Made by a program: the position numbers and the translations under genes. Positions 41,580 to 52,000 of a stretch of 64,000 bases of DNA are shown here, one piece after another. Origin of the DNA: Clostridia bacterium (lineage in GTDB: Bacteria; Bacillota; Clostridia; Oscillospirales; CAG-272); NCBI GenBank assembly GCA_017456985.1, contig JAFTIH010000031.1, positions 64,421-128,420 of the forward strand, in the 5' to 3' direction. The notes under the pieces were generated by a model that worked only from the letters and a program-made list of their open reading frames with translations, searched no databases and was not told where the DNA came from. The stretch's first letter is position 1; every line of letters starts with the position of its first letter.

Positions 41580-44500
41580 ATGAAGACATGCTTTACAAAA
41601 GCAACTGCTGTCTTTCTCGCTGTCCTGATGCTTCTTGGCGCGATCGGTATCCCCGTTTCCGCGGCATCCGGCGAGACCTCGTACGAGGAAATATTGGCAT
41701 CCTTGACCGCTGAGTCGTATGCCAATTATTTGCAAGGTGCGAAAAACGACGGCGCAACCAAGGGAAATGGTGATATTTCTCTTGATATTTTCGATTACAC
41801 GACGGAGGATATGACCGCCGGCGCCGCAGTTGAAAGAAGGGAAGAACAGGTCGTAGATCTGAAGGACCCCAAGAACCCCGTGGAGAAAACCGAGGAGCTT
41901 CTCGTGCTTCCCGACATCGGCACGGTATCTTGGACTTTTAATATTTCTGCGGCACAGGCGGGACTTTACGGCATCCGTGTGGAATACGTATCGCTTTCGA
42001 ACTCCACTTCTTCGATTGAGAGAAAGCTGTATATCGACGGCTCCGTTCCGTTCGACGAGGCAAGAGCCTTCTCGCTCTCCAAGGCATGGCAGTATAAGTA
42101 CGCCGTGAGAGATGAGGAAGGGAACTACACCTTTGAAACGGATGCGGGCGACAACGATATCCGTGCGGACATCGAAACGGTTCCCGTGCTCCGTACATAC
42201 GAATGCTCCGATATCGACGGCTTCTACAATGAGCCCTTCCAGTTCTACTTCAAGGAAGGGGAGCGCACGCTTTCTTTCGTGGCAAGCAAGGAGAGTGTGG
42301 CGATCAAGTCCATCACGCTGTTCCCTGTAGAAACGAGCAAAACGCTGGCAGAGCGTCTTGACGAGTGGAAGAACGTTCCGAACGCATCGGCAGACAGCAC
42401 GGTGATCTTCCGTGCGGAAACGCCCGACTTCGTATCGGATAAGGCAGTTTATCCCGCAAACGACCGTTCCTCTGCGATCACCTCGCCGATCGAGGCGTTC
42501 TCGCAGAAGATCAACGTCATCGGTAGCTCGGGTTATAATACGGCAGGACAGTGGGCTTCCTACACCTTTACGGTGAGTGAGGATGGCATTTACAACATCG
42601 TCGCCCGCTTTAAGCAGTCCGCCCTTGAGGGTATGTTTGCCAGCCGTGTTGTGAAGCTCGCAAGCTCCGACGGCTACTACGGTCAGCCTGACGGTACCCC
42701 TACCGCTCCTTATGAGGAGTGCTATTACGCGCGCTTCGACTATTCTGACGACTGGCGCACGGAAGCGATCAGCGGTGCAAACTTTACCGTAGATGCAGAC
42801 GGCAAAAAGACCTTTACCGGCGACACCACGCCCCTTTCCTTCTACTTCAAGAAGGGCGTGACCTATACGCTTCAAATGGAAGTTGGTCTGGGTAGTATGG
42901 CAGAGCTCTTGAACGAGATCGAAACCACGCTGACGATCACCAACGACTGCTATCTTGAAATTTTGAAGCTGACGGGCGCAGACCCCGACGAGTACCGTGA
43001 CTACGGCTTCCGTCGTGTGATGCCTGTTACCATTGAGCAGCTCGGTAAGCAGGGTAAGGCTCTTGAAGAGCAGGCACTTTCCTTGCGTGAGATCTGCGGC
43101 ACCTCGGGTGCAAATATCGCAACCCTCGAAAACATCTCCCGTCTTCTTACCCGTATGTACGAGGATGAGGACGAGATCGCTCCCAACCTTTCCAACCTCA
43201 AATCTTATATCGGTACCCTCGGTACCTGGCTCAACAGCGTAAAGGCGCAGTCCATCGTCGTTGACTACTATCAGATCGCATCGCCCGATGCCAAGCTGCC
43301 CAAGGCAAACGCCAACTTCTTCCAGGCATTCTGGTACGAGCTGCGTTCCTTCTTTGCAAGCTTCTTCGTGCAGTACGACTCGATGGGCGTTTCGGATATG
43401 TCCGACTCCGTTGCTTCGATCAACGTATGGCTTGCATACGGTCGTGACCAGTCGCAGATCTGGAAGAATCTGATCACCAACAAGTTCTCGAACAACCAGA
43501 AGATCGCAGTTGACCTTAAGCTGGTTGCCGGCGGTACGCTTCTTCCTTCCGTTCTGGCAGGGCAGGGACCCGATGCCTACATCGGTCTTGCGGCAAGCGA
43601 CGTTATCAACTACGCGATCCGTAACGCGATCCTCAATATCGAGGAAATGCCCGGCTTTGCGGAAACGGTGGGCTACAACCACACCGAAAGCGTTCTCGTG
43701 ACGGATGAGAACGGCAGACCTTATTATGCAACGCAATATTATATGATGGATGATAACGGCAACAAAACGCCCGTTGCCGCATCGAGCATCAATTTCAATG
43801 ACGCTACGATGGTTCCGATCACCCTCTACGGCAAGACCTACGGTCTGCCTGAGCAGGCAAACCTTCCGATGATGTTCTACCGTAAGGACATCCTCGCAGA
43901 GCTTCAGATCGACGTTCCCCAGACTTGGGACGACATTCTGGCTGCGATCCCCACGCTGCAGGCAAACAACATGCAGATCGGTCTTGGCTATGAGTTTGCA
44001 ACGAATATGTTCCTTTACCAGTTCGGCGGTAACCTTTGGAAGTACACGGACGATCCTCCCGAAAACCTCACCGAGGAAATGAAGGCGGGATACCGCGATT
44101 ACGCAGGTGCGGCGATCGGTCTTGATACGGACGTTGCCCTCAACTCCTTCCAGTTCTGCTGCCGTCTTTACACCGACTACTCCTTCCCGACGGCGTACGA
44201 CGGAGCAAACCGTTTCAGAACGGGTGAAATTCCGCTGATGATCGCGGACTATTGCGCAACGTACAACCAGCTGGTCGTCTTTGCAACGGAAATCCGCGGA
44301 CTCTGGCAGTTCAACAAGATCCCCGGAACGGTTCGCGATGACGGTACCGTCAACAGTGATTCTATCGTCACCGTAACGGCAACCGTTATGCTTCACGGCT
44401 GTGACGACATCGAGTCCACCTGGAAGTATATGATGTGGCAGGCAGGCGGCGAGGTACAGGCTGACTACGGTAACGAAATGGTTGCTCTGGTCGGTCCTGC

Positions 44501-44810
44501 CGCAAAATATGCTACCGCAAACATTCAGGGTATCGGTATGATCTCTTGGAGCGCTGCCGAGAGAAACAGCTTGCTTGAGCAGTTCGATCACCTTGCAGCG
44601 ATCCCCAACTATCCCGGAAGCTATATCATTGCTCGCTATACAAAATTTGCTTTCCTTGATGCGTACAACAATGGCGCGGATCCTGTTACGGCAATTCAGG
44701 ATTACATCACCATTATCAACAAGGAGATCACCCGTAAGAGAGCAGAGTTTGATCAGAAGACCCTGAAGGAGGGTCAGACTCCCGTCGATGCTATGACCGA
44801 AGCGGAGTAA
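41580..44810 (+). CDS. Giant extracellular solute-binding protein (1076 aa): signal peptide, about 520 aa with two CBM-like modules, then a family-1 sugar SBP domain; start at ATG 41580 behind GGGAGG
   Basis: The signal peptide is MKTCFTKATAVFLAVLMLLGAIGIPVSA/AS. CBM-like signatures are GLYGIRVEYVSLSNSTSSIERKLYIDGS and GIYNIVARFKQSALEGMFASRVVKL. The SBP core is INVWLAYGRDQSQIWKNLI..LAGQGPDAYIG..WDDILAAIPTLQANNM. Confidence 0.7.
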   Translation: MKTCFTKATAVFLAVLMLLGAIGIPVSAASGETSYEEILASLTAESYANYLQGAKNDGATKGNGDISLDIFDYTTEDMTAGAAVERREEQVVDLKDPKNPVEKTEELLVLPDIGTVSWTFNISAAQAGLYGIRVEYVSLSNSTSSIERKLYIDGSVPFDEARAFSLSKAWQYKYAVRDEEGNYTFETDAGDNDIRADIETVPVLRTYECSDIDGFYNEPFQFYFKEGERTLSFVASKESVAIKSITLFPVETSKTLAERLDEWKNVPNASADSTVIFRAETPDFVSDKAVYPANDRSSAITSPIEAFSQKINVIGSSGYNTAGQWASYTFTVSEDGIYNIVARFKQSALEGMFASRVVKLASSDGYYGQPDGTPTAPYEECYYARFDYSDDWRTEAISGANFTVDADGKKTFTGDTTPLSFYFKKGVTYTLQMEVGLGSMAELLNEIETTLTITNDCYLEILKLTGADPDEYRDYGFRRVMPVTIEQLGKQGKALEEQALSLREICGTSGANIATLENISRLLTRMYEDEDEIAPNLSNLKSYIGTLGTWLNSVKAQSIVVDYYQIASPDAKLPKANANFFQAFWYELRSFFASFFVQYDSMGVSDMSDSVASINVWLAYGRDQSQIWKNLITNKFSNNQKIAVDLKLVAGGTLLPSVLAGQGPDAYIGLAASDVINYAIRNAILNIEEMPGFAETVGYNHTESVLVTDENGRPYYATQYYMMDDNGNKTPVAASSINFNDATMVPITLYGKTYGLPEQANLPMMFYRKDILAELQIDVPQTWDDILAAIPTLQANNMQIGLGYEFATNMFLYQFGGNLWKYTDDPPENLTEEMKAGYRDYAGAAIGLDTDVALNSFQFCCRLYTDYSFPTAYDGANRFRTGEIPLMIADYCATYNQLVVFATEIRGLWQFNKIPGTVRDDGTVNSDSIVTVTATVMLHGCDDIESTWKYMMWQAGGEVQADYGNEMVALVGPAAKYATANIQGIGMISWSAAERNSLLEQFDHLAAIPNYPGSYIIARYTKFAFLDAYNNGADPVTAIQDYITIINKEITRKRAEFDQKTLKEGQTPVDAMTEAE

Positions 44811-44854
44811 ATTGACGGCTTTGCTGTCCTACATTATAATAAGGAGAGAAATTC

Positions 44855-45799
44855 ATGTCGAATAATGAAAAAAAGCGTCTTGTATCGCGCAAGGATATGA
44901 CGATGGCGCAATGGACATGGAAAGAGATGAAGCGGAACAAGGTTGCGTACATTATGTGCGCTCCCTTCTTCCTCCTGTTCTTCGTCTTCACCGTGCTTCC
45001 CGTTGCACTGTCCATCTTCTTCAGCTTTACGGAATTTAACATGCTGGAGCCTCCGAAATGGGTGGGCTTCGACAACTACATCCACCTCTTTCTCGAAGAC
45101 GATATCTTCGTGATCGCCTGCAAAAACACCTTGATCTTCGCGGCGATCACGGGTCCCGTTTCCTACTTGATGTCCTTCCTCGTGGCTTGGTTCATCAATG
45201 AGCTTTCCCCGAAGATCCGTGCTGTCGTTACGCTGATCTTCTATGCGCCCTCCATCTCGGGCTCGGTCTATATGGTATGGACCATTCTGTTCTCGAGTGA
45301 CTCCTACGGTTACGTTAACGGTACACTGCTTGAACTGAACATCATCGACAGCCCGATCATGTTCTTCCAGAACGCCGATTACGTTATGCCACTTTGTATC
45401 GTCGTCGCCCTCTGGACCTCGCTCGGTACCGCCTTCCTGTCCTTTATCGCAGGTTTGCAGACGGTAGATCGCAGTCAGTACGAGGCGGGCGCCGTTGACG
45501 GTATCAAGAACCGTTGGCAGGAGCTTTGGTACATTACGCTTCCGACGATGCGTCCTCAGCTGATGTTCGGTGCGGTGCTTGCTATCACGGGTGCATTCGG
45601 TTTCGGTGCCGTCGTTACGGCGCTGTGCGGTATGCCCTCCGTTGACTATGCGGCACACACCATCATGCACCATCTGGACGACTATGGCGGAATCCGTTTT
45701 GAGGTCGGTTATGCTTCGGCAATCGCCGTATTCCTCTTCTTGATCATGCTTGGTTGTAACCTCGTAATCAAGAAATTACTTTCGAAGGTGGGGCAGTGA
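44855..45799 (+). CDS. Sugar ABC transporter permease (MalF/LplB-like), pair 1
   Basis: It has six TM segments and the EAA loop YEAGAVDGIKNRWQELWYITLPTMRP. Confidence 0.8.
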   Translation: MSNNEKKRLVSRKDMTMAQWTWKEMKRNKVAYIMCAPFFLLFFVFTVLPVALSIFFSFTEFNMLEPPKWVGFDNYIHLFLEDDIFVIACKNTLIFAAITGPVSYLMSFLVAWFINELSPKIRAVVTLIFYAPSISGSVYMVWTILFSSDSYGYVNGTLLELNIIDSPIMFFQNADYVMPLCIVVALWTSLGTAFLSFIAGLQTVDRSQYEAGAVDGIKNRWQELWYITLPTMRPQLMFGAVLAITGAFGFGAVVTALCGMPSVDYAAHTIMHHLDDYGGIRFEVGYASAIAVFLFLIMLGCNLVIKKLLSKVGQ

Positions 45800-45800
45800 T

Positions 45801-46676
45801 ATGAGCAAGAAATTAAGAACACGCCATCATAAAGTTGTCCTCAACCGTTCCGCAGGCGGTGACGCGGGTATCACCTTCCTCTTGGTGATCCTCGGTGCCT
45901 TTATGTTCCTGCCGATGCTGTATGTTATCATGCAGTCCTTGAAGCCTCTTGACGAGCTCTGGATGTTCCCCCCGCGCTTCTATGTTATGAGCCCGACGCT
46001 CGGTAACTTCGGAGACCTGTTCTCCCTGATGAACGACTCGTGGGTTCCGTTCTCCCGTTACATCTTTAACACCGTGTTTATCACCGCGTGCGGTACCTTC
46101 GGTAACCTGATCGTTGCATCCCTTGCCGCGTACGCACTCGCAAAGATGAAATTCCCGGGCAGAAACTTCTTGTTCCAGATCGTCGTTCTTTCGCTGATGT
46201 TCCACCAGACGGTCAACCAGCTCTCGAACTTCATTATCATGTCCACGCTCGGTATGGTCGATACTTACCTCGCAATCATCGTTCCCGCACTTGCCGGTAC
46301 GATGGGTCTGTACTTAATGAAGCAGTTTATGGAGAGCTCCGTTGCGGATTCCGTTCTGGAGTCTGCCCGTCTTGACGGTGCGTCCGAGTTCCGCATCTTC
46401 TTAACGATCGCAATGCCGATGGTTAAGCCCGCGTGGTTAACGCTTTTGATCGAGTCCTTCAAGACCCTTTGGAATACGGGTGCATCCATCTACATCCACT
46501 CCGAGGAACTCAAGACCTTTAACTACGCAATCAACCAGGTCGTTACGGCAGGTGTTCAGCGTGCAGGTGCTTCGGCGGCTGCTACCGTTGTCATGATGAT
46601 CGTACCGATCACCGTATTCGTTCTCAGCCAGAGCCAGATCATCGAAACGATGGGTAGCTCGGGTATGAAAGACTAA
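45801..46676 (+). CDS. Carbohydrate ABC transporter permease (MalG-like), pair 1
   Basis: It has the EAA loop LESARLDGASEFRIFLTIAMPMVKP and starts 1 nt after the upstream stop. Confidence 0.8.
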   Translation: MSKKLRTRHHKVVLNRSAGGDAGITFLLVILGAFMFLPMLYVIMQSLKPLDELWMFPPRFYVMSPTLGNFGDLFSLMNDSWVPFSRYIFNTVFITACGTFGNLIVASLAAYALAKMKFPGRNFLFQIVVLSLMFHQTVNQLSNFIIMSTLGMVDTYLAIIVPALAGTMGLYLMKQFMESSVADSVLESARLDGASEFRIFLTIAMPMVKPAWLTLLIESFKTLWNTGASIYIHSEELKTFNYAINQVVTAGVQRAGASAAATVVMMIVPITVFVLSQSQIIETMGSSGMKD

Positions 46677-46686
46677 GGAGGGAATT

Positions 46687-49014
46687 ATGAAAAACAAGAA
46701 AATAGTATCTCTCCTGCTCGTGCTGCTCGTGGCGGTGCTGGTGCTTGGCGCTATGCCCGTTTCCGCGGCAGAGCCCTTCCAGACCTATACCTATTCGTCC
46801 GACGGCTTTGCTCTGTATTCTCCTGCGGCGTATTCTACGCCCAGAACCTTTGACTACCGTGACATTTTTGCAGGTTATACCGGTGCGGTCATCGATTTCG
46901 ACAAGCCCACCGATATTACGACGGATGATGCAGGGAACATCTACCTTGCAGACTCCGGAAACAACCGCATCGTCGTGATGTCCGGTGAGGACTATAAGGT
47001 CAAGACGATCATTCAGAACTTCGACAACAACGGCTACGCGGACTCCTTCAACGAGTGCCGCGGTGTGTTCGTCGATGATGAATACGTTTACGTTTGTGAT
47101 ACCAACAACGAGCGAATCGTTATGTTCGACCGTTACGGTAATTTCACTTCCTCTGCGCGCGTCATCGGTAAGCCGAGCGGCACGCTCTTCGGTGCAACGA
47201 CGCAATACAACCCCGTTGCGGTTGCCGTTGACCAGTATGAGAGAATCTTCGTCATTTCCTACACCACCTACGAAGGTGTCATCGTGATGACGAGCGACGG
47301 TATCTTTACGGGTTACATCGGCGCTCAGAAGGGTGACTACAGCGCGATGGAGATTCTCCTTCGCCGCTTCCAGTCCGCAGAACAGCGTAAAAATTCCAAG
47401 CAGAACACCTCTACGGAGTTCAACAACATCTCGATCGACAGCGACGGCTTCGTTTACGTCACCACCAACACGATCGACGAAAACAAGCAGCAGGCTGCGA
47501 TTGAAAGCAAAGAGGCTGACTACGCTCCCGTTAAGAAGTTAAACTCTGCAGGTGCGGAGATCATGAAGCGCAACGGCTTCTTCGCCCCCGGCGGTGAGGT
47601 TGAGGTGCAGTCGGGTCTCGGCGTCCAAAAGGACAGTGATGAGATCACGGGCGCTTCGAGCATCGTTGACGTTGCCATCGGCGACGAGGGCACTTGGACG
47701 ATTGCCGACGCAAAGCGTAGCAAGGTATTTACCTACGACCAGAACGGTATTCTTCTGTTCGCTTTTGGCGACAAGGGTATTCAGCGCGGTAACATTCAAA
47801 CGATCTCCGCGATCACCTATCAGGGAAATAACCTGATCATCCTGGATAAGGATGCCAAGAGCTTTACCGTATTTACCAGAACGGTTTACGGCGATCTGCT
47901 TATTGACGCCCTTCGTTGCGAAAACGATCGCAGATATGAGGAATCCGTTGATGCTTGGCTGAGCGTCTTGCAGTATAACAACAACTTTGACTCCGCCTAC
48001 ATCGGTGTCGGTAGAGCGTATTATCGCCAGGGTGACGCGACCTTCGTTTCCCCCGACGGTCAGACCTACTACAAGCAAAGCTCCGTAGCCGTTTACGGCG
48101 GTGCCGACGGTAAGGAGATCGTAGCCTATACGGTTGACGGCACGCCCGAAGGGGAAGTCATTGACGTCAACAACGATTACGATAAAACGGGTTACGACCT
48201 TGCCATGGATTACCTCTCTGCGGCATACGACGACCAGAACTGGTCTAACGCTTACAAGGAAGTCCGCAAGGAATGGATCTCTAAGTTTATCCTTTTGATC
48301 TTGATCGTTGCCGTTGTACTCGTCGTGCTTCTTGCTAAGTTCTTGAAGTTCGCAGGCAACTACAACGCAAAGGTAGCACTTCTTGGCGTACAGCGCAAGA
48401 CCTTCCGCCAGGAGCTGATGTACGTGTTCCACCTGGTGTTCCATCCGTTTGACGGCTTCTGGGACCTCAAGCACGAAAAGCGCGGCTCCGTTCGAGCTTC
48501 TCTCGTGATCTTGGCGGTTGTCATCCTCAGCTTCTACTACCAGTCCATCGGTACGGGCTACGTAATGAACCCCGAGGGAACCTACTCTACGATCGTGGCA
48601 CAGTTCCTTTCCGTGATGCTCCCCTTCATTCTGTGGGTCATCTCCAACTGGTGTCTTACGACACTCTTTGAGGGTGAAGGCTCCTTCAAGGATATCTTCA
48701 TTGCAACCTCGTACGCACTGGCACCTCTGCCTTTGTTCCTGATCGTTTCTACCATTATGTCCAACTTCGTGACGCTTGAAGAATCTGCAATCGCTTCGAT
48801 GCTCGTCGTCATCGCCTTCGTCTGGGCAGGTCTTCTGATCTTCTTCGGTACGATGGTCACGCACGACTATTCCTTCACGAAGAACCTGTTTATGTGCCTT
48901 GCAACGATCGTTGGTATGGCAGTGATTATGTTCGTCGGCTTCTTGTTCTCGAGCCTCATCGGAAAAATGGTTTCCTTTGTGTCCTCGATCATCTCGGAAA
49001 TTTCGTATCGGTAA
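46687..49014 (+). CDS. Signal peptide - NHL-repeat beta-propeller - TPR-like segment - TM - Yip1-domain membrane protein (775 aa)
   Basis: NHL-like repeats are DDAGNIYLADSGNNRIVVMS and DDEYVYVCDTNNERIVMFD. The TPR-like segment is AWLSVLQYNNNFDSAYIGVGRAYYRQGD. The C-terminal 5-TM block FHPFDGFWDLKHEKRGS.. is typical of bacterial Yip1-domain proteins. Confidence 0.6.
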   Translation: MKNKKIVSLLLVLLVAVLVLGAMPVSAAEPFQTYTYSSDGFALYSPAAYSTPRTFDYRDIFAGYTGAVIDFDKPTDITTDDAGNIYLADSGNNRIVVMSGEDYKVKTIIQNFDNNGYADSFNECRGVFVDDEYVYVCDTNNERIVMFDRYGNFTSSARVIGKPSGTLFGATTQYNPVAVAVDQYERIFVISYTTYEGVIVMTSDGIFTGYIGAQKGDYSAMEILLRRFQSAEQRKNSKQNTSTEFNNISIDSDGFVYVTTNTIDENKQQAAIESKEADYAPVKKLNSAGAEIMKRNGFFAPGGEVEVQSGLGVQKDSDEITGASSIVDVAIGDEGTWTIADAKRSKVFTYDQNGILLFAFGDKGIQRGNIQTISAITYQGNNLIILDKDAKSFTVFTRTVYGDLLIDALRCENDRRYEESVDAWLSVLQYNNNFDSAYIGVGRAYYRQGDATFVSPDGQTYYKQSSVAVYGGADGKEIVAYTVDGTPEGEVIDVNNDYDKTGYDLAMDYLSAAYDDQNWSNAYKEVRKEWISKFILLILIVAVVLVVLLAKFLKFAGNYNAKVALLGVQRKTFRQELMYVFHLVFHPFDGFWDLKHEKRGSVRASLVILAVVILSFYYQSIGTGYVMNPEGTYSTIVAQFLSVMLPFILWVISNWCLTTLFEGEGSFKDIFIATSYALAPLPLFLIVSTIMSNFVTLEESAIASMLVVIAFVWAGLLIFFGTMVTHDYSFTKNLFMCLATIVGMAVIMFVGFLFSSLIGKMVSFVSSIISEISYR

Positions 49015-49031
49015 GAAAGGGAGGAATGAAA

Positions 49032-52000
49032 ATGAAAAAAATAATTTCTTTTGTACTCGCCCTGATTACCTTGATCAGCTGTTTTTCCGTGATGTCGGTT
49101 CCCGCATCTGCGGCAACGGTTGACACCTCCAAGGACTATATGCAGGTCCTGAAGGATGCATACAACTACAAGTACAAAACCGGCTATGAATACCTGACGG
49201 ATCAGGTCGCTAAGGGCAATATGCAGCTTTACGCCCGTGCAAACGGCTTCGAGCTGTATTGTAACCCCTTCACGGGTGAGGTCGCTTACGTCAATATTGC
49301 GACGCAAAAGGTCCTTACCACCAACCCCCACGATTTCTCTACCATTCACGAGATGCTTGGCGGTTCGGTCAACCCTAACCCCGCAAAGAACGATACCTTT
49401 ACCGATCTTCTTTCGCAGATCGAAGTTACGTTCACCGACAACGAGGGTCAGCTTCGCCGCTTTACCAGCATCGTGGAGGCTGCTTCCCGCAACCAGATCG
49501 TTGTTAAGTATATGAAGAACGGTCTGCGTGTCGAGTACACGATGGGTCGTTTGAATACGACTTACCTGCTTCCCGGTGTTATCCTGGAAGAGGATTTCAA
49601 GGCAAACATCATGACCCCCATCGAGGAATATCTCGCTTGGGTCGAGAGCAAGGTCGGTATGGATTCCAAGGAATACGAGGAAGTTTATGCCACCATTATG
49701 AAGCTCGATTCCTGGTACCGTCCTTCTACGTATGAAACGGAAACGGTCACCTCTCTGCGTGATGACCTCGCAAAGAAGTACCCCGTTTACAAGCCTGATC
49801 CTAACGACCCCGAGAACACGGGTAAGACCATCTACTATTTGGATGAGAACTCGGAGCAGGGCATTACGGACAGAGAGCGCGTTACGCTTGAGAATCTGCT
49901 GAAAGCTTACTGCCCCGACCTTGACCACGATATGCTGGATGAGATGCACGCAAAGACAGGCTATACGCCTGACGTAAACGAAACTCCCGTTTTCCGCGCA
50001 GCAATCGAGTACGTCCTTCAGGACGATGGCCTTTCCGTTCGTCTTCCTGCCAGCAGCATTCGTTTTGATGAAACAAAATATACGCTTGAGCACGTCAAGA
50101 TCCTGCAATATTTCGGTGCAGGCAACTTAAACAACGACGGTTACGTGTTCTATCCCGACGGTAGCGGTGCGATCATCGAATTCGGTGATTTCTATTCCAA
50201 GACCAACGCGGACAACAGAGAGTCCTTTACACTCTCCAGCTCCGTTTACGGTGAGGATCACGCTTATTACAAGATCGACGTCAATGCGAAGCACTCCGAG
50301 GTCATCCGCGTTCCCGTATTTGGTATCGTGGAGCAGCAGGAGAACAACGCTTACAGCGATGGTTACTACGACAGCGGCTTCTTCGCAGTTCTTGAGGACG
50401 GCGATGCTTTGGCGGACATTGCAACCTTCTTCGGCGGCGGTCAGTTCAACTTTGCTGCAGCTTACGCTATGTTCTATCCGCGTCCTTCGGATGCTTATAA
50501 CCTGGCAGACGCGATCTCGGTAGCGGACAACAAGGAAATGACGATCGTTTCCGATAAGAAGTACACGGGCTTCTACAAGCTCAAGTACACGATGCTCTTT
50601 GATGACAGTGAGCTTATGAAGAGCACCGCTGAAAAGTCGAATCGCTTCTTTGCAAGCTATTCGGGTATGGCTGCGGTCTATCGCGATTACCTGAAGAGAG
50701 CGGGCGTGATCTCGCAGCTCACCGAGGAAGAGGTTACCGAAAACAAGATTCCTCTTTACGTAGAAACGCTTGGCTCGGTAGAAACGGTGAAGAAGATCCT
50801 CTCCATTCCCGTTACTGTGGACGTTCCCTTGACGAGCTTTGATGACATCGAAACGATGTACAATCAGCTTGCCAAGAAGAATATCACGAACCTTAACTTT
50901 AAGCTGACGGGTTACGCAAACGGCGGTCTTGATTCCAAGTACCCTGAAAAGGTAAAATGGGTTCGTGCCGTCGGCGGTAAGAGCGGCTTTGCCGATCTGC
51001 AAGAGTTTGCGGCGGAGAAGGGCGTTGGAATCTATCCTGAGTTTGAATTTTCGTACGCTTCTGCTGATAGCGGTTTAAGACTGAAAAAGTACGCGGCACG
51101 TGCCGTTGATGACCGTTATGCTACTAAGCAGGTTTACGACCCTGTATATCAGAAGTTCGATTCCTTCTTCGACGTTTGTGTTTCCCCCGATTCGATCTAC
51201 GAGCTTGTTGGTAAGTTTATGAAGAAGTATTCCAAGTACGAGCCGACGGGTATTTCGGTCTCCACGCTTGGCGGTGACTTGAACTCTAACTTCAACAAGG
51301 ATAATCCTCTCAACCGTCAGGATGCTGAGGATTATATCAAGGATTCGCTTAAGATGCTGAACGAGGAGTATTCCAGCGTTCTGGCTGAGGGTGGTAACAT
51401 CTATTCCGTTGAATATCTTGACCATATTCTCAACCTGCCCCTTGATGCAAGTAACTACAAGTACGAGAGTAAATCTGTTCCGTTCCTCGGTATGGTTCTT
51501 CACAGCTATATCAACTACACCGGTAACGTTATGAACGAAGCCGGAGATAGCACGTATCAGATGCTGAAGGCAATCGAAAACGGCTCGTTCCTGTACTATA
51601 TGCTGATCTATCAGAACAGCACGTTGCTTAAGGAGGACGAGGAGCTCAGCAAATACTATTCCGTTCGTTTTGATATCTGGTTCAACACCATCGTTGAGCA
51701 GTATAACACGCTGAACGGTGCGGTTGGTGATTTGCAGCTGTATGAGATCGTTGATCACGAGTTCCTGATCGGCGAGCGCGTTCTTAAGCCCTCTGAGCTT
51801 GATGCGATCGTAAACTCTCTGGATGCAAAGATCGCGAGCGATCTTGAGGTACAGTATAAGGCGCTTGTATCCAAGCAGCGCGCAGAGCTTCGTTTGAAGC
51901 AGATCGCCCAGAACTTGATCTTAGCAGGGAACACTACCCTCGATGATCTGAAGCAGAAAGTGCTTTACGTTCTTGGCGGTACGCTGAACGCGTCGCAGGT

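Noticed and set aside
41340-44591. 1083-aa ORF on the minus strand, antisense to the giant SBP gene. The same pattern occurs at 47539..48864, 48867..50108, 50127..51002 and 53084..54082.
   Set aside because: Its codons are exactly phase-aligned with the sense codons (both start at positions divisible by 3). Antisense stops would therefore require sense TTA, CTA or TCA, which the sense gene simply avoids. The translation is low-complexity and Arg/Val/Gly-rich, with no RBS or motifs. It is a shadow ORF caused by codon bias.
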